Below are positions 1 to 10,485 of a stretch of DNA of 64,000 bases, one piece after another. Each line of letters starts with the position of its first letter. The first letter of the stretch is position 1. The stretch is taken from contig CAXNJO010000013.1 of assembly GCA_964202905.1 (NCBI GenBank), positions 75,839-139,838 of the forward strand, in the 5' to 3' direction. A model generated the notes under the pieces. That model saw only the letters and a program-made list of their open reading frames with translations, had not been told where the DNA came from and made no database searches. A program made the position numbers and the translations under genes. This stretch comes from Polyangiales bacterium (GTDB lineage: Bacteria > Myxococcota_A > Polyangia > Polyangiales > JADJQN01).

Positions 1-693
1 CGCATCGAGGACGGCGGCTTCGTCGTCGCGCTCGCCGGGATGATCGCCCGGGCCGACACGGGGCTGCTGCTCTGCGAGCAGGGTGGTGTCCGCAAAGAGG
101 TCTACGTGCTTCGCGGCGCGCCGACGTACGTCCGCTCGAACCTTGCCAGCGAGTTGCTCGGTGAGTTCCTCGTCGCGCGCGGCGTGCTCTCGCGAGGCGA
201 ACTCGACATGGCGCTCGCGGTGCTGCCCCGCTTCGAGGGGCGCCTCGGCGACACGCTCACGGCGCTCGGGCTCGTCGAGCCGGTGAGTCTGTTCCGGCAC
301 ATCGCCGCGCAGGTCCGCGAGAAATTGCTCGACCTCTTCGGATGGGTCGGTGGGCGCGCGACGCTGTGGCGCGGCGCCGACGTCCCAGAGAGCGCCTTCC
401 CCCTCGGGCTCGATGCGGGGTCGATCCTCGAAGACGGCGTCGCGCGCCGCCTCGCGCAGGGACTCGACGAGGGCTTGCTCGGCGGCGGCCCCGACGTCTG
501 CCTCTCACGCGTCGAGCCGGCGCCGGCGGGCCTCGACCCCGCGCGACTCCCGGTCAATGCACGAGCCTGGCTCGCGCGCCTCGCGGTGCCCATCCCGATG
601 CGCACGCTCGGTTCGGGAAACGGCGACCCGGCGGGCGACGCGCGGGTCGCGGCGATCCTGCTGGTGCGCCTCGGACTCGCCCGAATCGCTTGA
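1..693 (+). CDS. C-terminal part of a myxobacterial DUF4388-like domain protein (5' end outside window)
   Basis: Open frame from the window edge; motifs 'KEVYVLRGAPTYVRSN..SELLGEFLV.RG' and 'GRLGDTL..LGL' resemble DUF4388/GspE-N-like myxobacterial modules. Confidence 0.55.
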   Translation, partial: RIEDGGFVVALAGMIARADTGLLLCEQGGVRKEVYVLRGAPTYVRSNLASELLGEFLVARGVLSRGELDMALAVLPRFEGRLGDTLTALGLVEPVSLFRHIAAQVREKLLDLFGWVGGRATLWRGADVPESAFPLGLDAGSILEDGVARRLAQGLDEGLLGGGPDVCLSRVEPAPAGLDPARLPVNARAWLARLAVPIPMRTLGSGNGDPAGDARVAAILLVRLGLARIA

Positions 694-728
694 CCGCGGG
701 CGCTCGCCGGTGCTACCCGCGCTCGGCT

Positions 729-2036
729 GTGAGCGACCCCCCGCGCCGCCGCCTCGCTCCGCTCGCTCCGCCCTCGGGGATGCGCGACCTGCTGCATCCT
801 TCGAGCGCCGATCGCCGGGCGCTCAGTGCCCGGCTCCTGCGAACATTTTCGCTTCACGGTTACGATCTGGTCACCACCCCCCCCTTCGAGCACGCCGAGG
901 TGCTCGAACGCGGGCTCGCGACGGTCGATCGACGCGATTTGCTGCGCTTCGTCGAGCCCGAGACGGGCGAGGTCGCGCTGCTGCGTCCGGACATCACCCC
1001 GCAGATCGCGCGCATCGTGGCGACGCGCCTCGCCGACCGGCCCGCGCCCTGGCGTCTCTGCTACGACGGCACCGTGATCCGGCGGCGACGCGGCCGCGCC
1101 CGGCGTCAGCGTCAGATCGCGCAGTGCGGCGTCGAGTGCATCGGCGTCGACGGACCGGACGGCGACGCGGAGGTCATCGCGCTCGCAGCGGTCGCCTGCC
1201 GCGCGGTCGGCCTCGTCGACTTCCGGATCGAGCTCGGGCAGGTCGTGCCCGGGCGCGCCGCCCTCGATGCGGTTCCCGCGGGTGTGCGCGACGCGGCCGC
1301 CGACGCCCTCGCCCGCAAGGACGGCGCCGCCCTCGACGCGCTTCTCCGGGCGAATGGCGTCCGCGAGGATGCGCGCGCACGCCTCGACGCGCTGATCTAC
1401 CTCGACGGCGCGGCCGCCCCGACGATCGCTCGCGCCCGTGCGATCTTCGCGGATGACGCGTCCCAGCGCGCGCTCAACGAGCTCGCGGCCGTCGCAGCGC
1501 GGCTCTCGCTCCTCGGACTCGGCGACGACCTCGTCGGTGTGGATCTCGGCGACGTCCGCGGCTCCGCGTACTACACGGGCGTTCGCTTCACGCTCCTCGC
1601 GGAGGGCCCGGGCGAGGCGGTCGGCGCAGGCGGTCGATATGACAACCTCCTTGCGCAGTTCGACGCTCCCGCGCCTGCGACGGGCTTCGCGCTCGACCTC
1701 GATCACCTCGAGTGGGCGCTCGCCCACGCAGGGCGCCGTTTCGCCGCCGAGCGCCCCCTGCGGATCGCGCTCGCTGCCGCAGAGCCGGCCCGGCGCACCG
1801 CGATCGCCGACGCGCTCCGCGCGGCGGGGCTTTCCGTCGCGATCGCGCCGGGCCCCGGGGCGACAGAGGCCCTCGCCTACGCCCGCGCCTGGGGCCACGA
1901 CGCCGCGCTGCTCGCGGAGGGCACCGGGACCCACCTCCTGGCCGTCGCGGACGGCGCCGCGGTCGAGGTCGATCCGCTCGACGCGACGCGCGTCGAGGCG
2001 CTCGTCCGCCGTGCTATGAGCGGGCGCGAAACTTAA
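729..2036 (+). CDS. hisZ: ATP phosphoribosyltransferase regulatory subunit
   Basis: PSGMRD, LRPDITPQIAR, QCGVECIG, YYTG and GGRYD HisRS-paralog motifs; directly upstream of purA; GTG start chosen at 729. Confidence 0.9.
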   Translation: MSDPPRRRLAPLAPPSGMRDLLHPSSADRRALSARLLRTFSLHGYDLVTTPPFEHAEVLERGLATVDRRDLLRFVEPETGEVALLRPDITPQIARIVATRLADRPAPWRLCYDGTVIRRRRGRARRQRQIAQCGVECIGVDGPDGDAEVIALAAVACRAVGLVDFRIELGQVVPGRAALDAVPAGVRDAAADALARKDGAALDALLRANGVREDARARLDALIYLDGAAAPTIARARAIFADDASQRALNELAAVAARLSLLGLGDDLVGVDLGDVRGSAYYTGVRFTLLAEGPGEAVGAGGRYDNLLAQFDAPAPATGFALDLDHLEWALAHAGRRFAAERPLRIALAAAEPARRTAIADALRAAGLSVAIAPGPGATEALAYARAWGHDAALLAEGTGTHLLAVADGAAVEVDPLDATRVEALVRRAMSGRET

Positions 2037-2079
2037 GGTCTCCGGGGCAGCGCCCGCGGGCGCGAAGGACGGTCGAGCC

Positions 2080-3369
2080 ATGGCAGTCGTGGTGGTCGTG
2101 GGCGCCCAGTGGGGCGACGAAGGCAAAGGCAAGATCGTCGACCTCTACACGCAGGACGCCGACGTCGTCGTGCGTTACGGGGGCGGCGCGAACGCGGGTC
2201 ACACCCTCGTGGTCGGCGGCGAGAAGGTGGTGCTCCACCTCGTCCCATCCGGCGTGTTGCACGCGCGCACGCGGTGCGTGCTGGCGCAGGGCACCGTCGT
2301 CGATCCCGCCGTGCTGCTCCGCGAGATGGACGAGATCGCGAGCCGCGGTCTTCTCGCGCCGGGCGCGGCGCAGGAGCGCCTCGCCATCAGCGATCGCGCG
2401 CACGTCGTGTTGCCGCACCATCCGATCATCGATCGCCTGCGCGAGGCCGAGGCGGGCGCGGGCGCGATCGGCACGACGAAGCGGGGCATCGGCCCGGCGT
2501 ACGAAGACAAGGCCGCGCGCCGCGGCGTGCGCCTCGGGGATCTCCTAGACCGGGCCCGCTTCCAGCCGCGCCTCGAGGCCAACCTCGCGGCCTGGGCGCC
2601 CATCGCGCACGCGCTCGGCGGCACGCTGCCGACGGTGTCCGACGTGCTCGACGTCTACCTCGCCTACGGCGATCGGCTGCGGCCGTACGTGTGCGACACC
2701 GCTCGCATCGTCGCGGAGGCCGTCGGCCGCGGACAGAACGTCCTGCTGGAGGGCGCGCAGGGGACGATGCTCGACGTCGACCACGGCACGTATCCGTTCG
2801 TGACGAGTTCGAGCACGACGGCAGGCGGCGCCTGCGCAGGCGCTGGAATCGGGCCGACCGCGATCACCCGCGTCATCGGCATCACCAAGGCGTACGCGAC
2901 CCGCGTGGGCGGCGGCCCCTTCCCAACGGAGCTTCACGGTCCGGAGGGCGAGCGGCTTCGCGCGGTGGGGGGCGAGTTCGGCGCGACGACAGGGCGCCCG
3001 CGCCGCTGCGGCTGGCTCGACATCCCAGCGCTGCGCTACGCGGTGCGCATCAACGGCACCAGCGCCCTCGCCATGACGAAGCTCGACGTGCTCAGCGGGC
3101 TCGACGAGGTGCGCGTGTGCGTTGCCTACGAGCGCCGCGGCGAGACGCTCCACGATCTGCCGTACGACGATCTCGAGAGCCTCGTGCCGATCTACGAGAC
3201 GCTCCCCGGATGGCGCGAGCCGCTCTCGCACTGCCGCTCGCTCGACGCACTCCCGCCCGCCGCGCGCGCGTACGTGCAGCGCATCGAAGCGCTCGCGGGC
3301 TGCCCGGTCGGACTCGTCTCGGTGGGCGCCGATCGCGCGGAGACAATCCAGCTCGTTCCGCCTTTCTGA
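2080..3369 (+). CDS. purA: Adenylosuccinate synthetase
   Basis: GAQWGDEGKGK, GGANAGHT, EGAQG, GTYPFVTSS and TTGRPRRCGW motifs. Confidence 0.98.
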   Translation: MAVVVVVGAQWGDEGKGKIVDLYTQDADVVVRYGGGANAGHTLVVGGEKVVLHLVPSGVLHARTRCVLAQGTVVDPAVLLREMDEIASRGLLAPGAAQERLAISDRAHVVLPHHPIIDRLREAEAGAGAIGTTKRGIGPAYEDKAARRGVRLGDLLDRARFQPRLEANLAAWAPIAHALGGTLPTVSDVLDVYLAYGDRLRPYVCDTARIVAEAVGRGQNVLLEGAQGTMLDVDHGTYPFVTSSSTTAGGACAGAGIGPTAITRVIGITKAYATRVGGGPFPTELHGPEGERLRAVGGEFGATTGRPRRCGWLDIPALRYAVRINGTSALAMTKLDVLSGLDEVRVCVAYERRGETLHDLPYDDLESLVPIYETLPGWREPLSHCRSLDALPPAARAYVQRIEALAGCPVGLVSVGADRAETIQLVPPF

Positions 3370-3504
3370 CGGGGCGCCCCGAGCGCCACCGGGCACGCAG
3401 ACCTGTACGGGCGCCTCGCGGCGCCCGCGCAGGGTACGTCAGAACCGGTGAAGCCCAACAGGCGCCTCGACGTTGCGCGGCGCGCGCGGTGGGCAAGGAC
3501 GCGC

Positions 3505-3699
3505 TCAGCGGAGCTCGAAGTCCTTGCAGAACACGAGCAGCGACGTGCGCTCATTGTGCGCGCGACGATGCTCGGCCGTTGGGAAGCCATGCGCGCAGCG
3601 CTCGTTCGCCTCGTCGAAGAGCGCGCAGTCCTCGCACGACCAGCGGAGGGCGTGTGCCTTCGCCTCCGCATCGAACGCGGCGTCGCGCGGGATCTTCAC
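3505..3699 (-). CDS. Small Cys/His-containing hypothetical protein (~64 aa)
   Basis: CEDC...CAHGFP...FCKDFEL; follows fabF on the same strand; GTG start inferred. Confidence 0.6.
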   Translation of the reverse strand: MKIPRDAAFDAEAKAHALRWSCEDCALFDEANERCAHGFPTAEHRRAHNERTSLLVFCKDFELR

Positions 3700-3769
3700 G
3701 CCCGGCCCCGCGCACACAGACGGCGTCGGCCCGGCTTCACGCTGCGCGCGCGGCGACGCCCACGCAGGC

Positions 3770-5023
3770 TCACGTCGGCCGCGCGAAGGCGAGCGTGACG
3801 TTCGTCCCACCGAAGCCGAAGCTGTTCGAGAGCGCGACGTCGATCGCGTGATCACGCGCCGTGTGCGGGACGAGATCGAAGCCCGCGGCCTCAGCGTCCG
3901 GGTCGTCGAGGTTGATCGTGGGCGGGAGGACGCGGTCACGGATGGCCAACACCGAGAGCGCGGCCTCGAGCGCGCCCGCGGCGCCGAGCAGGTGGCCTGT
4001 CATGCTCTTGGTGCTCGACACGCAGAGCCCGCCGCCGATGGCCCGATCGCCGAACACGGCGCGGATCGCCTTGAGTTCGTTGATGTCGCCCGTCGGCGTA
4101 CTCGTGCCGTGCGCGTTGATGTAGTCGACACGGTCCAGGTCGATGCCGGCGTCGCGAATCGCCATGCGCATCGCGCGCTGCGCCCCCTCGCCCTCGGGCG
4201 CGGGCTGCGTGAGGTGGTAGGCGTCCGCAGAGGTGCCATAGCCCACGATCTCCGCGAGGATCGTGGCGCCGCGGCGGAGCGCGTCCTCGCGATCCTCGAG
4301 GATGAGCATCGCGGCGCCCTCGCCCATCACGAACCCATCACGGCCCTTGTCGTAAGGACGACTCGCGCGCTCCGGCTCGTCGTTGCGCGTGGACAGCGCA
4401 CGCATCGCCGTGAACCCCGCGACGCCGAGCGGCGTGACGGTCGCCTCGGCCCCACCCGCGACCGCAGCCCGCAGCGCCCCGCGTTGGATCCACTTGAAAG
4501 CCTCGCCGATGGAGTGTCCGCTCGAGGAGCAGGCGCTCGTCGTCGTGTAGCTCGGACCGCGCAAGTTCCAGCGCATGCTGATCTGGCCCGGAGCGAGGTT
4601 CGCGATCGTCGCAGGGATGAAATAGGGACTGATCTTCTTCGGGCCCTTCGCCGCGAGCGCGTGGACGTTGCGCTCCAACGTCTCGAGGCCGCAAAGCCCA
4701 ACACCGACGAATGTTCCCGTCTCGTCGCGCAGCGCGTCGTCGGGGGCGAAACCGGCGTTCTCGATCGCCATCTGCGCCGCCGAAAGCGCGAGGTGAATGA
4801 ACCGGTCCATCTCACGGACGCGCTTCTTCTCGACCCACTTCTCGGCGTCGAAGCCCTTGGCCTCACCCGCGATCCGGCAGGGATGCTCGCTTGCGTCGAA
4901 GAGCGTGATCGGCGCAATGCCGCTCCGCCCGGCGGTCACGTTCTCCCAGGTGGTCGCGGCGTCGAGCCCGCAGGGACTCGTGATGCCGACTCCGGTGATG
5001 ACGACGCGACGGGACGTGGACAT
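3770..5023 (-). CDS. fabF: 3-oxoacyl-ACP synthase II
   Basis: RRVVITG, TSACSS (catalytic Cys), NAHGTST, KSMTGHLLGA and SNSFGFGGTN motifs. Confidence 0.97.
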   Translation of the reverse strand: MSTSRRVVITGVGITSPCGLDAATTWENVTAGRSGIAPITLFDASEHPCRIAGEAKGFDAEKWVEKKRVREMDRFIHLALSAAQMAIENAGFAPDDALRDETGTFVGVGLCGLETLERNVHALAAKGPKKISPYFIPATIANLAPGQISMRWNLRGPSYTTTSACSSSGHSIGEAFKWIQRGALRAAVAGGAEATVTPLGVAGFTAMRALSTRNDEPERASRPYDKGRDGFVMGEGAAMLILEDREDALRRGATILAEIVGYGTSADAYHLTQPAPEGEGAQRAMRMAIRDAGIDLDRVDYINAHGTSTPTGDINELKAIRAVFGDRAIGGGLCVSSTKSMTGHLLGAAGALEAALSVLAIRDRVLPPTINLDDPDAEAAGFDLVPHTARDHAIDVALSNSFGFGGTNVTLAFARPT

Positions 5024-5291
5024 GACTCGCCTCTCACGGTGAAACGACCGAAAGACACTCCGTCATCAACGACGCGCAAAGGCCCGCACGACGTGGGTGC
5101 CGGAAGCCTGTGCAGGTTGTTGGAGACGCGCATGAGCGAAAGGCACGGGCGCCCGCCATGCCGAGGGCACCCACGCCCAAGGAGGCCTGCGCCCATGCCC
5201 CGCTACAGCCAACCGCCTGTCCTCTGACCGCCACGCCACGACGCGCGGCGACGATCCTCCGGGTGTCGTACCTGCGCCTCCCGGCGTGGCG

Positions 5292-5531
5292 TCACTTGAC
5301 CGTTGTGCGGCTCGAGATGTACGTCACCGCGTCGCCGACGGTGCGGATCTTCTCGGTGTCCTCGTCCGGGATGTCGATCTCGAACTGCTCCTCGAAGGCG
5401 AGCACGAGCTCGACGATCGCGAGGGAGTCGGCGCCGAGGTCATCGATGAAGGCGGAGCCTTCCTTGACCTCGTTCACGTCGACGTCGAGCTGCTGCGAGA
5501 CGATCTCCTTGACCTTCTGTCCGATGTCCAT
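5292..5531 (-). CDS. acpP: Acyl carrier protein
   Basis: DLGADSL phosphopantetheine motif; [11 protein letters not shown]. Confidence 0.97.
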   Translation of the reverse strand: MDIGQKVKEIVSQQLDVDVNEVKEGSAFIDDLGADSLAIVELVLAFEEQFEIDIPDEDTEKIRTVGDAVTYISSRTTVK

Positions 5532-5572
5532 CCGAGTCTCTCCGGGGTAGGCGCCCACACCGCGCTCGCCGT

Positions 5573-6319
5573 TTAAACGTACATTCCGCCGTTCACGCGC
5601 AGGACCTGCCCCGTCACGTAGCTGGCCTCATCGCTCGCGAGGTACAGCACCGCCGCGGCGACCTCTTCAGGACGCCCAGTGCGTCCTGCGGGGGTCTGCG
5701 CGAGGATCGACTTCTTCGCGTCGTCCGGCAAGCCCGCTGTCATATCCGTCTCGATGAAGCCGGGCGCGACGACGTTGACCGTCACGCCGCGCGAGGCGTA
5801 CTCCCGCGCGAGGGTCTTCGTCAACCCGATGAGCGCGGCTTTCGAAGCGGCGTATACCGCCTGCCCGGGGTTGCCCGACTCGGCGACGACGCTCGAGAGG
5901 TGGATGATGCGCCCGGTCTTCTGCCGCATCATGAAACGCATCGCGCTCTTCGCGCACCAGATCGCGCCGGAGACGTTGGTCGCGAAGGTCCGCTCGACCT
6001 CCTCGGGCTTCACGCGAATCAGCAACTGGTCGAGCGCGATGCCGGCGTTGCTCACGAGGATGTCGAGGCGCCCGAGGCGCTTCTGCACTTCGGTAATCGC
6101 TGCATCGACGGCCGCCGCGTCGGCGACGTCGAACTGCTTCGCCTCGGCCCGACCGCCGGCCTCGATGATCGCGGCGACCACCGCCTGCGCGGCGGCTTCG
6201 TTGCCCGCGTAGTTCACCACGACGTGCGCGCCGGCGCGCGCGAGCGTCTCGGAAACTGCGCGGCCGATGCCGCGCGAGCCCCCGGTGACGATCGCGACCT
6301 TGCCGCGGAGATCGAACAT
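5573..6319 (-). CDS. fabG: 3-oxoacyl-ACP reductase
   Basis: [26 protein letters not shown] and VNGGMY motifs; fab cluster context. Confidence 0.95.
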   Translation of the reverse strand: MFDLRGKVAIVTGGSRGIGRAVSETLARAGAHVVVNYAGNEAAAQAVVAAIIEAGGRAEAKQFDVADAAAVDAAITEVQKRLGRLDILVSNAGIALDQLLIRVKPEEVERTFATNVSGAIWCAKSAMRFMMRQKTGRIIHLSSVVAESGNPGQAVYAASKAALIGLTKTLAREYASRGVTVNVVAPGFIETDMTAGLPDDAKKSILAQTPAGRTGRPEEVAAAVLYLASDEASYVTGQVLRVNGGMYV

Positions 6320-6348
6320 GCGCGACGCCTCGGCCACTGGCGCGGCGC

Positions 6349-6549
6349 TCAGCTCTCGGAGGCGCCGGCGGTGGCCTTCTTGGTCACGGCGCGGCCCTTG
6401 TAGTGGCCGCACGCCGGACACACGCGGTGCGAGACCATCACCTCGCCGCAGTTCGGGCAGGGGATAAGATTCGGCGCGACCACTTTGTCATGGTTGGCGC
6501 GGCGCATGTTGCGCTTGCTGCGGGTCGTTCTGCGCTTGGGTACCGCCAC
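6349..6549 (-). CDS. rpmF: 50S ribosomal protein L32
   Basis: [17 protein letters not shown]...CPNCGE...[12 protein letters not shown]. Confidence 0.97.
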   Translation of the reverse strand: MAVPKRRTTRSKRNMRRANHDKVVAPNLIPCPNCGEVMVSHRVCPACGHYKGRAVTKKATAGASES

Positions 6550-6577
6550 GGGGACACTCCTTCTTACTGACTTCGGC

Positions 6578-7225
6578 TTACTTCTTCGTCTCGAGCTTCG
6601 TGAGGGCGGCACGAAGCGCACCTCCCCCCGACTCTTCTTCGCCAAAATTCGCGGGGCCGCGAATGTGCTCCGGGATCGCGATCCCAGGACAGTCCTCGCG
6701 GCAGAGCGGCTGCATCGGGACCTCGAGGATGACGTGTTCGCGCACCAGGGCGTCAAGCACGATCGCGTCCCCGACGAACATCTCGCGCTCGAGTTCGTCC
6801 GACGCGAGGTCGTCGGCGTCGTCGTCCTCGGGCGGGGACGGGTGTTTGCCTTTGCCGGGCGCGCGCGCCGGCCGGCCGACCGCGTCGGCTCGCCCGCCCC
6901 CCTCGGAGCGTCCACCCGTCTCCACGCGTGCAGGGCTCGCGGGCGCACACAGCGCAGTCAGCGAAGCCTCGACGGGACAGACGACGTCTTCGAGGCAGCG
7001 GTAACAGTCGGAGACGAGCGTCGCACGCACGCGACCACGCACGAGATACTCACTGCCCGACCGCTGGGCGTGGACCTCGAGGAGGCCGTCGGCCACGCCG
7101 GGCGGGGGCGGTCGCACGCCGGGGCAGCCCTCGAGCTCATGCGCGAGCCACGACGCCCTCACGGGGAAGGAGTAGTCCTTCCCCAGGTCGTCGAGATCAT
7201 TCACATCGAGACTGAACTCAGCCAT
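6578..7225 (-). CDS. yceD: YceD/DUF177 family protein
   Basis: CYRCL...[22 protein letters not shown]; upstream of rpmF. Confidence 0.9.
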   Translation of the reverse strand: MAEFSLDVNDLDDLGKDYSFPVRASWLAHELEGCPGVRPPPPGVADGLLEVHAQRSGSEYLVRGRVRATLVSDCYRCLEDVVCPVEASLTALCAPASPARVETGGRSEGGGRADAVGRPARAPGKGKHPSPPEDDDADDLASDELEREMFVGDAIVLDALVREHVILEVPMQPLCREDCPGIAIPEHIRGPANFGEEESGGGALRAALTKLETKK

Positions 7226-7261
7226 GGCGCGTTCCCCGGCCCGAGGGCTCGAAGGGCGCGA

Positions 7262-7289
7262 ACTATAGAAGAGCGGGTCAGGGAGTCAA
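7262..7289 (-). promoter_or_regulatory. Putative sigma70 promoter for the yceD-rpmF-fab operon
   Basis: Minus strand TTGACT-16 nt-TATAGT, about 36 bp upstream of the yceD ATG. Confidence 0.6.
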
Positions 7290-7357
7290 GGCACGAGTCT
7301 GCCCTGTTTTCCACGGTTTTTCGGGGTACCGACTCGCCATAAGTGCGCTGCGCCACG

Positions 7358-8305
7358 TCAAGGTCGGGCCGACTCGGTCGCGGCGGTGAGTCCGGTGGGG
7401 CCGAGCGTCAGCCAGAGCGCCCCCGTTCCTGCGCGGCCGCCCTCCGACGTCCGCGCAGCGAAGCCCGCGAGCGGCGGCACGACGCGGCGGAGTCCGGCAC
7501 CGGGGAGCGCACGACCAGCCTGCTCGCGCGGCCACGCGGCTACGGCGTCCCGTGCCCCGATGCGCGACGCGAAGCGCGCGAGGCCCGCGTCCCCGGCCTC
7601 CGCGCCATCGACGCCGGCAGCGGGTGCAGCCGCCGCCCAACTGACGAGCACGCGCCGCGCCGTGTTGCCCGCTTCACCGAGCGCTGCCGCCCGCTCGTCG
7701 AGGTCCGCCGCGACATGTCCGCACGCGTCGGCGCTCCGTGCGTAGCGCCCACCCGGAGCGCCTGCGATCGGCACGAGTTCCGCCTCGCCGAACGCCACGC
7801 GCTCGAGCGAGGAGACGTCGAGCACGCGGTCGCGCGCATCCGGATCGAGCGCAGCGAGCGCGGCCGCGACCACGTCCGGGGCGTCGCGACCGCCCGCGAG
7901 AAAGAGCGCGAGTCGCCCGGTGTCTGCGAGCGCGCGGGCCATGTGCTCGGCTGACGCGCGATCGTCGCCGAGGCCGCCGAGCACGAGGAGCACGTCCGCA
8001 TGGCCCGCGACGAGCGCGCGCAGCGCGGGAGACGTGTCCCGCACCACCGGCGCGGGGCCCGTGAAGGCCGCAATCCGCAAGGTCCCGCGGGACGCGCGCA
8101 GCGTGAGCGAGCGGCCGCGGAGGTCGAGTGAGAGGTCGCCGACCGCCCACGCGCGAGACTCGGGCGCGGGCAGTGCGAGACAGCGGACGAACCCTGTCGC
8201 GCCGCCGACGCGCAGCGCATCGGGCACCCCGGTTTCACACCCGAACGCAGCGAGCAGCGCGGCGACGCCGAGCGCGGAGGCCAGGTTCCGTGGCGGGCGA
8301 CGCAT
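7358..8305 (-). CDS. Putative lipoprotein with a degenerate metallophosphoesterase-like fold
   Basis: Lipobox-like AAFGC; DVLLVLGGLG and FLAGGRD resemble eroded calcineurin-like motifs. Confidence 0.45.
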   Translation of the reverse strand: MRRPPRNLASALGVAALLAAFGCETGVPDALRVGGATGFVRCLALPAPESRAWAVGDLSLDLRGRSLTLRASRGTLRIAAFTGPAPVVRDTSPALRALVAGHADVLLVLGGLGDDRASAEHMARALADTGRLALFLAGGRDAPDVVAAALAALDPDARDRVLDVSSLERVAFGEAELVPIAGAPGGRYARSADACGHVAADLDERAAALGEAGNTARRVLVSWAAAAPAAGVDGAEAGDAGLARFASRIGARDAVAAWPREQAGRALPGAGLRRVVPPLAGFAARTSEGGRAGTGALWLTLGPTGLTAATESARP

Positions 8306-8506
8306 CGCGGAGCGCGAGGGTAGCAGATCGCGCCCGCACGGCGCCGTCCTCGACGCCCGGCGCGCCCCCACGCGCGGTCGGTTCCGCCGCGTGCGCCCTC
8401 CCCCCGCGGTGTTAGAGTCGAGGCGCTCGCCGCGCGGGCGTCCGGCCCGACGCGTGCCACAGCGGGCGCCCCGAGCGCGACACCCGAACGATCACGAGAC
8501 CCGCGC

Positions 8507-9346
8507 ATGAGCCAGTTCCAGCGCTTCCAGGGCACCGAGAGCTACCTGACCAGCGAGGCCCTCGAGTCGGCCGTCAACTGCGCGCTCGTCCTCGAGCGCC
8601 CCCTGCTCGTGAAGGGCGAGCCCGGCACCGGCAAGACGCTCCTCGCGGAGTCGCTCGCGGCCGCGCTGGGCGCGCGGCTGCTGCGCTGGCACGTGAAGTC
8701 GACGACCCGCGCGCAGGATGGCCTGTACGTGTACGACACCGTGCAGCGGCTCTACGATTCGCGCTTCGGCGACGGCGACGTGAAGGACATCCGCCGCTAC
8801 ATCCGCCTCGGGCCACTCGGCGAGGCGATGGCGAGCCCCGAGCGCGTCGTGCTGCTCATCGACGAGGTCGACAAGGCGGACATCGAGTTCCCAAACGACC
8901 TCCTGCACGAGCTCGATCGCATGCGCTTCGTCATCCCGGAGACGGGCGACGAGGTCGTCGCGAAGCAGCGGCCCGTCGTCGTCATCACGAGCAACAACGA
9001 GAAGGAGCTGCCGGACGCGTTTCTCCGGCGCTGCGTGTTCCACTTCATCGACTTCCCCGACGCCGATCTGATGCGGCGCATCGTGGCCGTGCACCATCCG
9101 CGGCTCGACGAGGCGCTGCTCGAGCAGGCGCTCGCCGCGTTTTACGAGTTGCGGGAGATGAAGCGCCTGCGCAAACGCCCGAGCACGAGCGAGCTCATCG
9201 ACTGGATCGCGGTTTTGAAGGCCGCAGGGCTCACCGCGGTGAAGCTCGAGGGGGCGGTGCCCTTCCTCGGCACGCTGCTGAAGAAGGAGCAGGATCTCGC
9301 CTCCCTCGCGGACCAGCTCTCAGGCGGCCGCCGATACCGCAGCTGA
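8507..9346 (+). CDS. MoxR/CoxD-type AAA+ ATPase
   Basis: GEPGTGKT Walker A, LLIDEVDKAD Walker B, ITSNNEKELPDAFLRRC. Confidence 0.93.
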   Translation: MSQFQRFQGTESYLTSEALESAVNCALVLERPLLVKGEPGTGKTLLAESLAAALGARLLRWHVKSTTRAQDGLYVYDTVQRLYDSRFGDGDVKDIRRYIRLGPLGEAMASPERVVLLIDEVDKADIEFPNDLLHELDRMRFVIPETGDEVVAKQRPVVVITSNNEKELPDAFLRRCVFHFIDFPDADLMRRIVAVHHPRLDEALLEQALAAFYELREMKRLRKRPSTSELIDWIAVLKAAGLTAVKLEGAVPFLGTLLKKEQDLASLADQLSGGRRYRS

Positions 9347-9400
9347 GGCGGCGTGTCCGCGCGCATCCGCGGCGACGGGAGGCGTAGTACGCTCGATGCC

Positions 9401-10363
9401 ATGAAGGGCTCCTTCTCCCTCCGGGTCGCGCGCGCGGTCCTGTGCGTCGCGCTCACCCTGCCCCCGCTCGGCTGCGCAGCGGGCAGCGACACTCCGCTCG
9501 ACCTCGGCCGCGACGCGCGGATTCCCGCATCGCCCGACCTCGGCGCAGCGGACCTCGGCGCAGCGGACTTCGGCGCGGGCGACGCAGGCCCGGGCGACCT
9601 CGGCGCAGCGGACCTCGGTGCGGCAGACCTCGGCGCCAACGACGCCGGCCCGGACGACCTCGGCGCGGCAGACCTCGGCGCGGAGGACGCGGGCCTGCGC
9701 GATCTCGGCGCGGCCGATGCGGGCGCGATCGACCTCGGCGCTCGGGATTTGGGCGCGGCGTCCGGCTATCGGCACACCATCGCCATCGATGGTGTCGACG
9801 ACTTCGACCCGGCCGACCGGTTCGCGACGACGACGACGGGCTACGGCGCGCGCTTGAGCTGGGACGCGACGTCGCTCTACGTCGGGATGTCGGGGCCCGA
9901 CATCGGCTCCGGGAGCGCGACGCGGTGGCTCGTCGTGTACCTCGACACGAACGGCGTGCTCGGCGGGACGCGGACGGGCGTCACGTACAACACGCAGACC
10001 CCGCTGCTCCCCGCCGGTTTCCTGGCCGACTACGCCTTCCGCTGGAAGGCGGACAACAGCTTCCAGAGCGTGCAGCGCTGGAGCGGCAGCGCGTGGGAAG
10101 AGGCCGCGATCACGCCTTCGACGTTCCAGTCGGGGACGTTCGTGGAGACGCGCATCTCGTTCTCCGACCTCGGCACGCCTGCGGTCGTCGGCGTCTCGAT
10201 GCTCATGCTCAACGAGGCCGCGGGCGGCGAGTTCACCTACGCCGGCGCACCCGCTGGCACCTTCTCCGATGGCTACTACGGAACGATCCCGGTGACGCGC
10301 TGGATCGCCGCGGACCGCGCCCTCTCCGCGCCGCCCAACGACGCGAGCCGCGTGCGCCCCTGA
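9401..10363 (+). CDS. Lipoprotein with a DLGAA-repeat linker and a C-terminal DOMON-like/carbohydrate-binding domain
   Basis: Lipobox LGC; repeated DLGAA/DAGP; beta-rich C-terminus (HTIAIDG..DF, LSWDATSLYVG, VYLDT). Confidence 0.6.
   Translation: MKGSFSLRVARAVLCVALTLPPLGCAAGSDTPLDLGRDARIPASPDLGAADLGAADFGAGDAGPGDLGAADLGAADLGANDAGPDDLGAADLGAEDAGLRDLGAADAGAIDLGARDLGAASGYRHTIAIDGVDDFDPADRFATTTTGYGARLSWDATSLYVGMSGPDIGSGSATRWLVVYLDTNGVLGGTRTGVTYNTQTPLLPAGFLADYAFRWKADNSFQSVQRWSGSAWEEAAITPSTFQSGTFVETRISFSDLGTPAVVGVSMLMLNEAAGGEFTYAGAPAGTFSDGYYGTIPVTRWIAADRALSAPPNDASRVRP
9536..9760 (+). repeat. Imperfect 15-bp coding repeat (gacctcggcgcagcg, DLGAA)
   Basis: Seen directly in the sequence. Confidence 0.85.
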
Positions 10364-10485
10364 GCCCCTGAGCCCGCTGGCGCGCGCACCGAGCGCGCGT
10401 CGCCGGCCGTTCGTCCCAGCGCGCGCCGCGGCCTTCCGATCACGCACCGATGGGCGCCGTACTGTGCGGCGCCTACGTGCAGCGC

